Positions 27,202 to 38,759 of a stretch of DNA of 56,695 nucleotides are shown in pieces. Within the stretch, counting starts at the first letter, position 1. Each line of letters starts with the position of its first letter. Source of the DNA: Dirinaria sp. TL-2023a (lineage: Eukaryota); the NCBI GenBank assembly GCA_051941275.1, contig JAVEBF010000012.1:1-56695 (forward strand), in the 5' to 3' direction. A program made the position numbers and the translations under genes. Below the pieces are notes generated by a model that was given only the letters and a program-made list of their open reading frames with translations, was not told the origin of the DNA and ran no database searches.

Positions 27202-29089
27202 ATGCTTCGAATCGGGAATCTGTACCTGATTACGGCCATCGCCGTCACTGGCGGTGGTCTGTTCGGTTTTGACATCGCTTCCATGTCGGCCATTTTGGGC
27301 GAGTCGCAATACAAGTGCTACTTCAATCAAGGCGACGAACCTTGCGTCGGTCCACGTTCCAGTGTCCAAGGTGGAATCACAGCTGCCATGCCGGGAGGCT
27401 CATGGCTTGGTGCTATCATTTCTGGTACTCTCGCCGATATACTAGGCCGACGTAAAACCATTATGGTCGGGCCTATCGTCTGGTATAGGCTTTAAACATT
27501 CTCGAGTGTCCGAGCATTTGCTAACGAAGCCCAGGTGCATTGGCTCTATTCTTTGCTGCGCCTCGCAGAATATTGGAATGCTGGTCGTGGGACGTCTCAT
27601 TTGCGGTATCTGCGTCGGTATATGCTCCGCTCAGGTCCCGGTGTACATATCCGAACTGTCTCCTCCAAGCAAGCGCGGTCGCTTTGTGGGCACTCAGCAA
27701 TGGGCGATAACTTGGGGTATCATGATCATGTTGTAAGTTACTTCGGATCTTCGATTCCTCTTCCTGTCATAATGCTGACTCCGAACTTTAATACAGTTAG
27801 TAAGTGTTCAGACAAAATGGAGGACAGCCGGCTAGATCCTGACCCTGACTAGTGTTTCTTACGGAACCTCGAAAATTAATGGCACGGCGGCTTTCCGCCT
27901 TCCATGGGTGCGTCGCGCCGGCAGTGGAGAGCAGAAACGCTTGTTGTGCTAACTCTGCCCGCCTAGGGTCTGCAAATGATACCCGGCATCGGCCTCTTCA
28001 TTGGAATGATCTTTTTGCCCGAATCTCCACGTTGGCTCGCCCGCAAGGACCGTTGGGAAGAGGCCCATGATGTTCTTACCCTCGTGCACGGCAAAGGCGA
28101 CCCCAACAGCCCATTTGTCGTGCGAGAGCTTCAAGAGATCAAGGATATGGTTGAGTTCGAGCGCAACAACTCAGATGTCTCCTACATCGAACTTTTCAAG
28201 CCCCACATGATCAACCGGACGCATATAGGCCTCTTCACTCAGATTTGGTCTCAACTTACTGGGATGAATGTCATGAGTCAGTGAAGATACCTCCGTGGTT
28301 GGAAATGTATGCTAAGTTGATCCAGTGTACTACATAACCTTCGTGTTCACGATGGCCGGCCTAACGAAGAATAATCTTCTCCTGTCCTCCTCCATCCAGT
28401 ACGTTATCAATGTGGTCATGACAGTGCCAGCACTGCTCTTTGTCGATCGCTGGGGTCGCCGCCCAACTCTCCTGATTGGTGCGGCTCTCATGATGACATG
28501 GCTCTTCGCCAACGCCGGTATCTTGAAAGCCCACGGCCACTATGCCGGTCCTGGCGGTGTTGGCGGTAAGACGCCCGAAGCCTCATGGGAAGTGAAGGGT
28601 GCTGCGTCAAAGGGCTTGATCGCTTGCAGCTACCTCTTCGTGGCGTCCTACGCTCCAACCTGGGGCCCAGTTTCCTGGATCTACCCACCCGAACTTTATC
28701 CGCTCCGTGTCCGCGGCAAGGCTGTGGCACTGGCAACATCGGGAAACTGGGCTTTCAACTTCGCCCTCGGCTATTTCGTACCGCCGGCTTTTCAGAACAT
28801 CAAATGGGAGACTTATATCCTGTTCGGTGTCTTCTGCGTTGCCATGTTCGTCCACGTCTTCTTCATGTTCCCCGAGACGGCGGGAAAGACGCTGGAAGAG
28901 GTCGAAGAGCTGTTCACGGATCCACATGGACCGAAGTACATCGGCACACCTGCTTGGAAGACTCACATTACGACGAAGCGCGTGGCTTTGCTGGAGAAGG
29001 GCGAAATCGACCCGGAGAAGTACGCCGCCTACCATGAGGAGAGCCCGGAGAGGTCCGGCTCCGAGCATCAGGCTGTCTCTACAAAGTAG
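27202..29089 (+). CDS. MFS sugar porter, high-affinity glucose transporter (HGT1-like), multi-exon including a 3-nt microexon
   Basis: GGGLFGFDIASMS, DILGRR, VPVYISELSP, QQWAITWGI, PESPRWL, QIWSQLTGMNV, DRWGRR, TWGPVSWIYPPELYP, PETAGKTLEE. Confidence 0.93.
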
Positions 29090-29943
29090 TGAGTTTGGAA
29101 CACGTGTTGGTTTGGATGTGGCATGCGATTTATGGATGATTTGTTTGTAATTAAGGTACAGTACAGTACGATTTGAAAGCCAAGGTAGAGTGCCATGGCA
29201 ATCGACGGTCCAATCTCGTATACCATCCCGATCACATACAGCGCTTCTCTCGCATTGTTGCCGTACCTTTTCACATGCAGCTCAAGATTCGTATATTCCG
29301 CGGTAACACGGCAGATCTTGCAGTACCTTGGATTCCTCCTAGCCCCTTTCTACATTCTAAAGTCGGTGTGTTAACCACAGACGTCAGCGAAGTAAATTTA
29401 CCTTAGGTTTGAATCGACCGTTGAATGTAGCCCTGTACGAGTTACCGTGTGGTCTCGGGTCCCTTATTTTTCTTTTAGTTCAAGACTGCCGGTTGTTCGG
29501 CCACGTGCGAACCACATCAATGATTGGATTTGCATCATCGGTTCACCGCGGCTAGAACCGGGCTTGATCCAGGTCCTCGTACGAGTACTCGTACATAATA
29601 ATGAATTCAGTTCTTTCGAGATTTTTTTGGGGGGGCTTTCCGTTGGAAGGGGACGCTAGAAATTTAGGTAGATCGACATCATCATGCGGGACTTCTGATG
29701 CCAGCGTTTCATTGGGGGCAGATTTTCAGGTGGGGAGACTACCGTAGTGTACCTAGCGTAGTCGGGTAGGTGATGTCAGATAGTGTCCGAGTACGAGGTA
29801 AGATTAAGGTAGTTTGTGAGGCGGTCGGGTGAAAGCTCGAGACCGAGGATGGAGACAAATGTGGGCAATTGTTCGATTGGATGAATGGCTGTGTATTCAA
29901 TACTTGGGGAGAAGTGTTTATTTGCATTGAAGGATTGCAGGTA

Positions 29944-30748
29944 GCTTCCCGTCAGCAGCAAGATACGGCTAAGGTATGTGCAAGAAGCAAGCAGCAAAGA
30001 ATGCACAATTGATCACGAAGTCATGCACTGTTGCTTGGACTGCTATGTATGACAATGTTTCATTTGGAAAAAGAATGTGTCTATACATGATGTCAATGGC
30101 CGCAAAGCATTCAGATACATGACCAAACAGCAGGAGAGAGAGCAGATGTCGAAGAAGCACGCAGATGACCAGAGTATGTACCGACCATATATATTCTGTC
30201 TCTTGAAATCACCGTTGTCATCGCTTCAAAGGTCACTCAGAACCTCGTCGTCTTCAGAATCAGACATGACACTGTTTGATTGAAAAATGTACTGCCTCGC
30301 GTCAAACATCATTATTGCTGACACCTGATAATACAAGGAAGGACTTTAAATGATGTTGGACGCGAGACAGTACGTTTTTTAATCAAACAGTGTCATGTCT
30401 GATTTGGAAGACGACAGCATCTCGAGTAGACTTTTGAGCGATAATAGTCGACTTTAGAAAAACGTCCTAGGTAGTATAACATTAATGGTAATTGTGGCTT
30501 CAGGATACAGTATATGATGGGCAATACGCTGATCATCTACATACTTCTTCGTCATCTGCTCTCCCTCCTTCCGTTTGATAATGTATCGAAATGCTTTGCG
30601 GCCATTAACATCATGTATAGACGCATTCTTTTCAAATGAATCATCATCATACATAGCATTTTAAGCAATAGCGTGTGATTTTGTGATTAATTTGCATCCT
30701 CTGCTCTTACGTCTTGCGCATAACCTTCTCTTGCTGCTGACGGGAAGC
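29944..30748. repeat. Long imperfect inverted repeat (foldback), arms ~370-400 bp, spacer ~35 bp
   Basis: Outer 20-mer GCTTCCCGTCAGCAGCAAGA (29944) is matched perfectly by its reverse complement at 30729-30748. Inner ATCAGACATGACACTGTTTGATT and its complement flank the centre. ORFs 30077+ and 30654- share the peptide SIHDVNGRKAFRY. Confidence 0.9.
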
Positions 30749-31200
30749 ATCATCTGCATCGAGTGATGCCGATGATACTACATCAAGATCCTGCCACTGT
30801 GATGCCGCGGCGCGCAGTTGACTATCCGAGATATCAACATCGTCATCTAGAGGCTTTCTCCTCTTCTCTACAGCATTTATTCTGCGATCCTCTCGATCGA
30901 GATTAGCTTAGGCTATCTTAGAGGCGTCGATAACCATCCTCCTCCGCCTGCTCCGCCTCCTCCTCAGTATCCTGCTCAGTATCAGACGCAGAGCTTATAA
31001 TCTGCGGCTCAGGTATAGCAACTCTTGTCGGCTTCGCGGGCTTCTTCTTCACAGCGGATTTCTTCGCTGACTTCCTCTGTAAGACAGGAGACGCCGCCGA
31101 CGACGATAATTTAGGACCTCCCAGGCCCTTGCGGGATAGGGGGGTTGACTGGCGGCGATGGAGGCCTTTTCGGGGCGCTCCTTCGTGCGTTCAGCTCTGC
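30340..31200 (-). pseudogene. Decayed coding sequence (basic then acidic low-complexity segments), possible transposon or gene relic
   Basis: Minus strand reads ...RKSAKKSAVKKKPAKP...SDTEQDTEEEAEQAEEDGYRRL*DSLS*... then ...DDDVDISDSQLRAAASQWQDLD...QQQEKVMRKT*EQRM. Several stops are TAA where CAA would fit; frameshifts present. Confidence 0.5.
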
Positions 31201-32060
31201 AAGACACCACGGCGGCGAAAGGGGGGCAACCCACGGCCTCAAACTACAAAGTGCATATACTATACGAAGGATCAAATTTTGCTTAATTTCAAAGCATTTG
31301 GAAGCCCATATACGATGTTCTATGAGAGTACATGCCGAATGATGTGTGGTGTGCGCACTTCAAAGTTGGGGTTTTGCTGAATCGGCACGGATGCATGCAA
31401 GCAACGACATGAAGGGGTGAATGGAGATTTGGGTATTTGGGATTTAATGTGGTGATGTTTTTTCGAGTATTGAGTATCAGCTTAAGCGGTACTATTATGC
31501 GGCTAGTTGGGTTACGTCGAAATATCCCGATTCAGTAGCAACTGCATGATTTGACAAGCAACTATTTGTTGTAGTTCCATTCTCCACCCATCGTATTCCA
31601 AACCCGAGCAATATTGTAGTAATACAAGTATTAGTTTTAGTAGGCCTTCACGTTTCGCTAGTTTGGTCCGATAGCCTGATACTGTCTATTCTCAACTGGA
31701 TCTGGCTATATGAAGGAAGGACCTACTCCACGATACTTTACCTCCCCAACCAGCGTCAAGATCCGAAGGGGGCGAGAATGCCAACAAGTTTAGCTTCTCC
31801 GACAGAGTAGGAGATGGGCCACTCAAGCTCTTCGCCCACCAACAAGGCATCAACTCTTCAAGACTCCGCTCGGCATCACAGCCATCACTTCGACGTTTTA
31901 AGACTCTTAAACCGGCCTGTTGATAGGAACCAGAAAGACGTGTCAAACATCGTTTAAGTAAGCTTTATGCAAAAATTTTCAACGCTCTCCTTTTCCCAGA
32001 ATGCAACCCGCCATATGCAATAGCTAGATCCCAAAAAGGGTAGCTATCAGTGATATGTAC

Positions 32061-33836
32061 TCATAAATCAAGCTTGAACTTGGACCGAACTCTTTCACCG
32101 AAGTAGAAGAACAGCAGAGGTGCTGGCGCGATGGCCACGCTCAAGAACCCAAACACTGATATTCCCCACCCGTATCCGGCCTTGTCAAAGAGGCTGGGTG
32201 CAAAAAGCGGCACGATGCCACCAACGATAGATCTGAATACAGCGCCAGCAGCTATTGCTGACGCTGCGTAGCGTGAAAAAGCGTCGATGTAGTAGTTCTG
32301 AACCGAGTTCAAAATGGTGACTTGCCCGATCCCGAAAAAGACCGTACTGAAGATGGTGACAAACCAGTGTCTTTGTGCTTGAACAGTCCAAGCGTACCAG
32401 AACAACGAAACAGGGATCAGCACGGAGCCAATATTCGCAATAGGAAGGCGAAACTCGGGTTTGGCAATGTCGTCGTTGCGGCGGGTGAGCGCGTTGTAGA
32501 CGGCGTCGATCCTAGGCACGATGAACCAAACTGCAAGAAGGAATCCGATGCCGGGGCCTAAATACATGAGGCCAACTTGTGTTGTATTGAAGCCGTATAT
32601 ACCGGAGTAAATGTCCTGGAAATTGGTATACAGTGTGTAAGTCGTCGCAAAGGTGATGGCTTGATATAGAGCCATTGTGAATACAATGGGTTGCAGGAAG
32701 AGCATTTGCAGAGGCCGCTTCATTGATGATGCTAGCTTCGTCGAGAAAGGCCGATCGTCCTCGTACTCATCTCGAAGGCGGTACTTGCCACCTTCACGCT
32801 TTTCACACGTCTGCCGGCGAGCCTCGAGAATCACGGGAGCGTAAGATTCTTTAAGGAAGACAATGCCAAGAGCAGTGTTGATCAAGCAGACGATGGTAAG
32901 AATCCAAAAGATCCACCGCCAGCCAAGGTATTGTACAATTAGGCCGCCAAACAATGGACCTGCATAGAATAGACTGAGCAATGTATCCCATATACTACAA
33001 GAATAGCTTTTATACCTAGTGTTGGTCCAAGCAGAGGGCCCAAGAGGTACCATCCAAAGACGCCACTGGCATTGGTTAGTCGATACTCTCGCAGATAGAT
33101 AACCAGTAGAACAGAGCTCATCAAAAATGTGGTGCAGACTGATGAGAACATGTCATTCTTACGCTCGCTCGTTTGGCGCGAACATATCACTAATCGTGCC
33201 ACCACCATTGGCAATTCCAACGCCTGGACAGCATGAGCTAAATTCCGCACTTGAGCTTAACACCAAAACGTACTTCCAAAGAATCCCGAGAATGTCCTAA
33301 TGGTGATCAAAGTCTGGACGTTGGGACTCAGAGCTGTAGGAATCTGCAATAGGGCAAAGATGGAGAAACAGATGGTGTAGAGACGCCTTCTGCCGAAGGT
33401 TTCACTTAGAGGAGCCAAAATGAGCGGGCCAATACCCAAGAAGACGACGAAGCCAGTAGTAGCACCGATGACGGTATCGGATGAGGTCTTCAAATCTTGG
33501 GCGATTTGACCGATGCCAGGCGTGAACATAGAGCTGGCCAAAGGAGACATGACTTTGAATCGTCAGATCAAGTCAAGGGACGCGAAGGCGGACACAACAA
33601 ACTAGCCATGAGCGCAATGATCCCTACGTTAGTAAATTTGCGAGATCTAGACCAATTTCTAGGATTCTCCTTGTCTTTCTCCGTGAAGTCGACCAACTGC
33701 GCTTCATTTGTCAGCTTACGGCGGACTAAAACAGAGCAGATAGCGAAGCTGCTCTGGTAGGAAGCTATACCTTCGGCTCCTCAGCAGGATGACCATTTTC
33801 AAGAAGCGCGGAGCGCTCGTTTGCCTCGTTTGCCAT
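32061..33836 (-). CDS. MFS drug:H+ antiporter (DHA1 family), multi-exon
   Basis: DKENPRNWS..RK, GPLILAPLSETFGRR, GGGTISDMF, GPLLGP, WRWIFW, KESYAP, PEFRL, NYYIDAFSRYAASAIAA. Confidence 0.92.
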
Positions 33837-34234
33837 CACTGTTATTGTGGCAAAGCGAGGACGAGCGAAAAATTGGACGGCGGGATTAGTATGATGACAT
33901 TTTGCCGAGTAAAGTCGAATAAATTCGATCTACCTTAAGGTAGATTTAGACGAGCTAGAGGATCATATCACAAGCGCCGTTCAGAGGAGATTAGATTTCG
34001 ATCTTATCTTTTAGCTTTGAGCGACCACGTTACCTCTAAAGGTACTCTCATACGAGTACGAATACACGATTCTACACACACTTCCGTCTACAACTTTCAC
34101 CTTTACATGTCCTGTTTGGGGACTCCTTCACAAGTGGGGCATGGGCAACATTCATACCCAATCTATGCAGCTTTCTCCCGGCTCGTGGTGTGCCTGAGCT
34201 CCGTATTTTGAGTACTGCAACCTCTGTAGCAGCA

Positions 34235-35146
34235 ATGTCACTTCCAACATTCAATGCGAAATCCCCAACTATCAAACGCATTCTCAAAGAAGCTGCTGAG
34301 CTCTCTGCCAATCCAGACTCAACGCTTCATGCTGCACCTCTAGAATCTAATCTCTTTGAGTGGCATTTTACGCTCCGTGGCCCTCCATCGACACCCTACG
34401 CCTCTGGCGCATATCATGGCCGTATTATATTGCCCCAGCAGTACCCGCTCCGTCCTCCATCGTTCCGATTTTTGACTCCCTCTGGCCGCTTCGAAGTCAA
34501 CCGAGAGATATGCTTATCCATAAGTGGGCACCATGAAGAGACGTGGCAACCGGCTTGGGGAATAAGGACCTCACTGTGGGCATTGAGAGCTTTCATGGAA
34601 GGAGGCGCCAAAGGACAGGTTGGAGGTATGGAGATGGGTGAAGCAGAGAGACGGAGGTTAGCGGAAGAGAGTAAAGGATGGAAATGCAATGGCTGCGGTG
34701 GACGAACCAACGAGGAGACCTTGGCGGCGCAAGAAGAGGAGGGTGGAGAACGCCAAAACACCAGCAAGGCCGAGGTGCCCGAAGAATTAAGATTTGGCTT
34801 CAAGGATGAGATGCCCAAGGAGACGAAGGCGGAGCCTTCACAGACGCTCAGACCAGCTAATCCGAGTGAGCGGGCAACCTCAGCCAAATCGATCTCCGCC
34901 GCCGCTCCATTGAAGGTATCAGAACCCGACACCCAGGGCCAGATAAACCGCCCTTACACAGCAAGCATACCTGCGCTATCATCTACGCACAATAACCTAC
35001 AGCCTATAGCGCCACAAACGCATACTCAGATCCCCACAATTACCCGCGCCTCCCCCCAGGGAGCGGTTCCTGCGTGGATAGACAAAGCCATTGTGGGCCT
35101 GGTATTTGCACTACTGATGATGATAATCAGGAAGCTTGCTTCGTAA
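34235..35146 (+). CDS. Tail-anchored ubiquitin-conjugating enzyme E2 (Ubc6/UBE2J1 type)
   Basis: KRILKEAAEL, NLFEWHFTLRGP, YPLRPP, TPSGRFEVNREICLSISGHHEETWQPAW (catalytic Cys); C-terminal TM AIVGLVFALLMMII. Confidence 0.9.
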   Translation: MSLPTFNAKSPTIKRILKEAAELSANPDSTLHAAPLESNLFEWHFTLRGPPSTPYASGAYHGRIILPQQYPLRPPSFRFLTPSGRFEVNREICLSISGHHEETWQPAWGIRTSLWALRAFMEGGAKGQVGGMEMGEAERRRLAEESKGWKCNGCGGRTNEETLAAQEEEGGERQNTSKAEVPEELRFGFKDEMPKETKAEPSQTLRPANPSERATSAKSISAAAPLKVSEPDTQGQINRPYTASIPALSSTHNNLQPIAPQTHTQIPTITRASPQGAVPAWIDKAIVGLVFALLMMIIRKLAS

Positions 35147-35528
35147 AATTTAAGCGCTGGATGGCCCCCGGCTCAAGAGCTTGGATTTGGACTCATCCAT
35201 ATTGCGTAACGGCATTCTCTAATAACTATAGCGCTTGCAGTCGAAACACTTCAACGTCCTATAGTGATGACAGGAGTTCTCTGATGCATATGAGTGGCGC
35301 TGACCTTGACGAGAATAGAGGTTAGGCTTTCCCAATGAATGGCGCGATGCCAATATCTCAGTTATCCTATGTAGGTCACATTATCAATGGGTTACCAACT
35401 TGTCGTACGACCTCGAATTCGATAGTACCCTATGAATTTCCTTATTGGGTATCACCATGCCCGCAACGCCTCGCTACAAATAATATTACCCAAAGATATC
35501 GAGTGTAACGCTTTTAACAGATCCTCTG

Positions 35529-37889
35529 TCATCCATTTGATGTTTCGGTAGGGTCGCGCCTGTCGTTAGGATTACCTAACGGTTGCGACTGTTGGCGGGA
35601 CGGCACTTCGAGTGCAGAGCCTGGTCCTTGTTCGAGCGGTTGGCGTATAATGTGGGGATACCGTCGTGTGGCATCGGCGAGAGGCACAGAGCTTGTGGGT
35701 TGCAGTTGAGGGGACGTTGAATGCTGAAGATACTGAGTATCCGGATCATTCTGAGAGGCAGTTTCATCAGCGCGCAAGGCTGGATCAAAGTGTTCAGTCG
35801 TACCTGGACTGCTCGCAGTCACCGGGTTTCTGGGGTTTTGGGCGGTAGAGGCTAAAGCTTCAGACGCCCCCCCGGAGGATTGGCTCATAGGCAGCTTCTG
35901 AGAGATTGACATTAATTGCCCAGGGTGGGTTCCTGAGGGTGACATTTTGTTCTCGACGTGGTCCAGGTATGCTCTTCCTCGAGGCTGCCATGGAACGACT
36001 GTCACTGGCAGAGGCGTCTCTTCACCCTTTTCTTTCGTTCTTTGCAGAATTCTGTCAAAGATATTCGAAGAGTCACCGATCCTTGACTGCACGGCGGGGT
36101 TGTTTGTTGCGGACGTGATCCTGCCATTTGTGGCCATAGCTTGCGAGACTTCGGGTGGCGGCGATGCACATTGTGTCTTGAACAGATTTGGGATTCTCCT
36201 CCATGCTTGTATCAAGCCTTTTGATTTTCGGCTTGGTACCTCAAATCCAATGTCCTTTTCATAATCCGGGGAATCGCGCGCTGCAGATTGTCTTGTATCA
36301 CAAGAGAGCACTTCCGGAGCCTCCGGAGCCTCGAAAATGGGAGGCGTAGACTCGCTGACTGGATGGCAGTGTAACCGGTACACTGTACTCGCCACGCTAG
36401 TCGTGTCTGCCCGACTTACAGGCGAGCTCGCTGTCGGAGCTGGAGTTGTGTTCTGGCTTTGAGGCTCGCTCCCTTGCCCAGGATATCGGAAATCCTGGGT
36501 TGTACGGGTTCGTAATCGAAATCCGCGCGGCATCCGCCTTTGAAACCTTTCGTGTCCACCTGACGCAAGTGGCCGCCCCAGATGATGTGCAATACGGGAC
36601 ATTCTAGCCCATCTCAATGCACTGTCATGTCGTGAGGACTCTGCTCGGTCTCCATTAAAGCCGCTTCCGCTCGCTCGGTCATCCATGTCATTAGAGGCGC
36701 CACTATTATCTGGAGGTCGATTCCGCCAGAACACTTCGGCAGATGGCGTGTCATGAAGCATTTCGTCACCATCGAATATCTCACGACCTAGGATGCCATC
36801 CTTGTTCTCGTCCCTTTCCAGCGCCTCTATACGCTCGACCCATTCCCAAACCACCACGCTGGCCGCGGCCGCACCAACCCAACGAACATAATTGCCCCAT
36901 CCGGCCACATTGGGGCTCGCGATATCGAGCACAAAGAACACCACCGGTATCAAGATAGCTGTCAACGATAGTATGGCCATCAGACAAATATTACGCATTT
37001 TGTGGTGGAAAAAGGCGAATCGACGCTTGGAAATAGCATAGTATAATACCCATGCCATATAAAGAATGCTAAGAGCGATAGCAAACAAGTAGTTCAATGC
37101 AGGGACAGTGTCCACAAAGGTCCTAGGCCGCGTTTTTGCATTTCCGTAGACAAAGCTATTCAGGATACTGAAGATGACATCAAGCAGTATCAGCGCAAAA
37201 GCCGTCCACTTGATGATAACTTTCTCTTTATGCCTCGGAAACAAACGGATGAGTGTCTGAGCTTGGGCAAGCCATAGACACGTATCCGAAATCACCCTGA
37301 CCACACGGATTTCGAGGCCGTTGGAGACCCTGTCGGTCAGGGCCGTCACATCCTGGTAACCTTCGTTGTACTGTTCCTCTGCAACTCGCAATGTATCCAC
37401 GGTAGCAATGGTCAAGGAGACTGCAACCGTCAATGCGGCCACCTTTTGGAGCCATGGCCGACTGCCAATGCCTATTACGGATGTACTCCCAGAAGCGCCG
37501 CTTATCATGCCTCGTCGTCCTAGGAATCCAGTGCCACCTCCGGCGCCTCCGACGAAAAAGGTTCGCGGTGTGATGAATAGTATGATGAGCAACATGTAAC
37601 TGACAATGGTCGCTGCGGCTATGGCGTAAATCTGAGGCAACGTGGACGCGTAGAATGGGTCTTGATCGTTGATGGATGAGATGTTGTAAGCTGGCGTGCT
37701 CAAGTTCAGCCTCGGATACTCGTTGCAAGTTGGCCGATACACGGCATCGTGCGCCAGGGTGATGGTTGTGTGGTTGCCGATATTCAGCAGGCCTCCGGAC
37801 TGAAGCCTGAATGGGCGGCAACCTTTGGGAATGTCGGGGGTTGGATTGGGATGGGCCCATAGCTGGCGAGAACGTAATATGGCTTTCAT
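35529..37889 (-). CDS. palH: Ambient pH sensor PalH/Rim21 (7-TM plus long cytosolic tail); start uncertain
   Basis: DPFYASTLPQIYAIAAAT, RPWLQKVAAL, LWLAQAQTLIRLFPRHKEK, WVGAAAASVVVWEWVERIEALERD..KDGILGREIFDGD. Confidence 0.9.
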   Translation of the reverse strand: MKAILRSRQLWAHPNPTPDIPKGCRPFRLQSGGLLNIGNHTTITLAHDAVYRPTCNEYPRLNLSTPAYNISSINDQDPFYASTLPQIYAIAAATIVSYMLLIILFITPRTFFVGGAGGGTGFLGRRGMISGASGSTSVIGIGSRPWLQKVAALTVAVSLTIATVDTLRVAEEQYNEGYQDVTALTDRVSNGLEIRVVRVISDTCLWLAQAQTLIRLFPRHKEKVIIKWTAFALILLDVIFSILNSFVYGNAKTRPRTFVDTVPALNYLFAIALSILYMAWVLYYAISKRRFAFFHHKMRNICLMAILSLTAILIPVVFFVLDIASPNVAGWGNYVRWVGAAAASVVVWEWVERIEALERDENKDGILGREIFDGDEMLHDTPSAEVFWRNRPPDNSGASNDMDDRASGSGFNGDRAESSRHDSALRWARMSRIAHHLGRPLASGGHERFQRRMPRGFRLRTRTTQDFRYPGQGSEPQSQNTTPAPTASSPVSRADTTSVASTVYRLHCHPVSESTPPIFEAPEAPEVLSCDTRQSAARDSPDYEKDIGFEVPSRKSKGLIQAWRRIPNLFKTQCASPPPEVSQAMATNGRITSATNNPAVQSRIGDSSNIFDRILQRTKEKGEETPLPVTVVPWQPRGRAYLDHVENKMSPSGTHPGQLMSISQKLPMSQSSGGASEALASTAQNPRNPVTASSPGTTEHFDPALRADETASQNDPDTQYLQHSTSPQLQPTSSVPLADATRRYPHIIRQPLEQGPGSALEVPSRQQSQPLGNPNDRRDPTETSNG

Positions 37890-38759
37890 CACGGAAGATC
37901 CTTCATGAACAAGCTCATCATACAAACATCTCAGTGCTACCTGGGTCGAGCTGAGCTATGTAGCCGGTCCATCGCGCCCATGATCCTCTCGGATGTAGGA
38001 CCTTGGAAATCTTACAATGCGAGAATGTAAGACCACTCGCAGTAGCTCTTGCGAACCAGCAGGAGATTGGGGCGTTTGTTGTTGATTACTAGATGACGAC
38101 TTGATCTTGGACTGAAGAAAACTCTATCTCTTTTGTAAACTTTTCAATTGGTCTGATTCAGACCCAGGACGAATACTGGCACTTTGTCAGTATGATCAAT
38201 AGGATGAGGAAGAGGGCTTTATGCTTTTGGTAGAATTGGTGGGGGGCGGGAACGATGGATGAGCTTGAACGGGAGGGGCCGCTGTTCAACGTATGATATC
38301 TAAGTAGCTCGAGTAGATAATGGAAAATTGAGTATCTAAAGCCGAAAGCGCGCTTCTAGACCGATTCCCAAGGATGCCATCATGGACCCCCGGTACATGC
38401 GTATCTTACCTTACATTGGAAAGCCTTCAAATCCTTCAGGTCAATCTCATGCTTCTCCATGCTCGGAATCCAATGCTCTCGCCATGCCCCTGCCATGCTC
38501 ATCCCTTCCGGCCTTGATATGCGCCTCGTCGTCATCGAGGTAGTGGATGGCGATGATTCCACCTTTCCGTTGCAGTACTGTACATATAAGTACAGCGCGT
38601 CGCAAATTGCTCGATCATGATTTAATTCATCTCCGATCATGATCCCTTGTGCGAATTTCTCATTGTGTCAGAACTAAAACCCGAAACAATCTGTGCTGCT
38701 GCAGGGAGCTCCTGTAAGGTACACATGTACCTTGTCAATCCACTCCAACTTTGAACACC

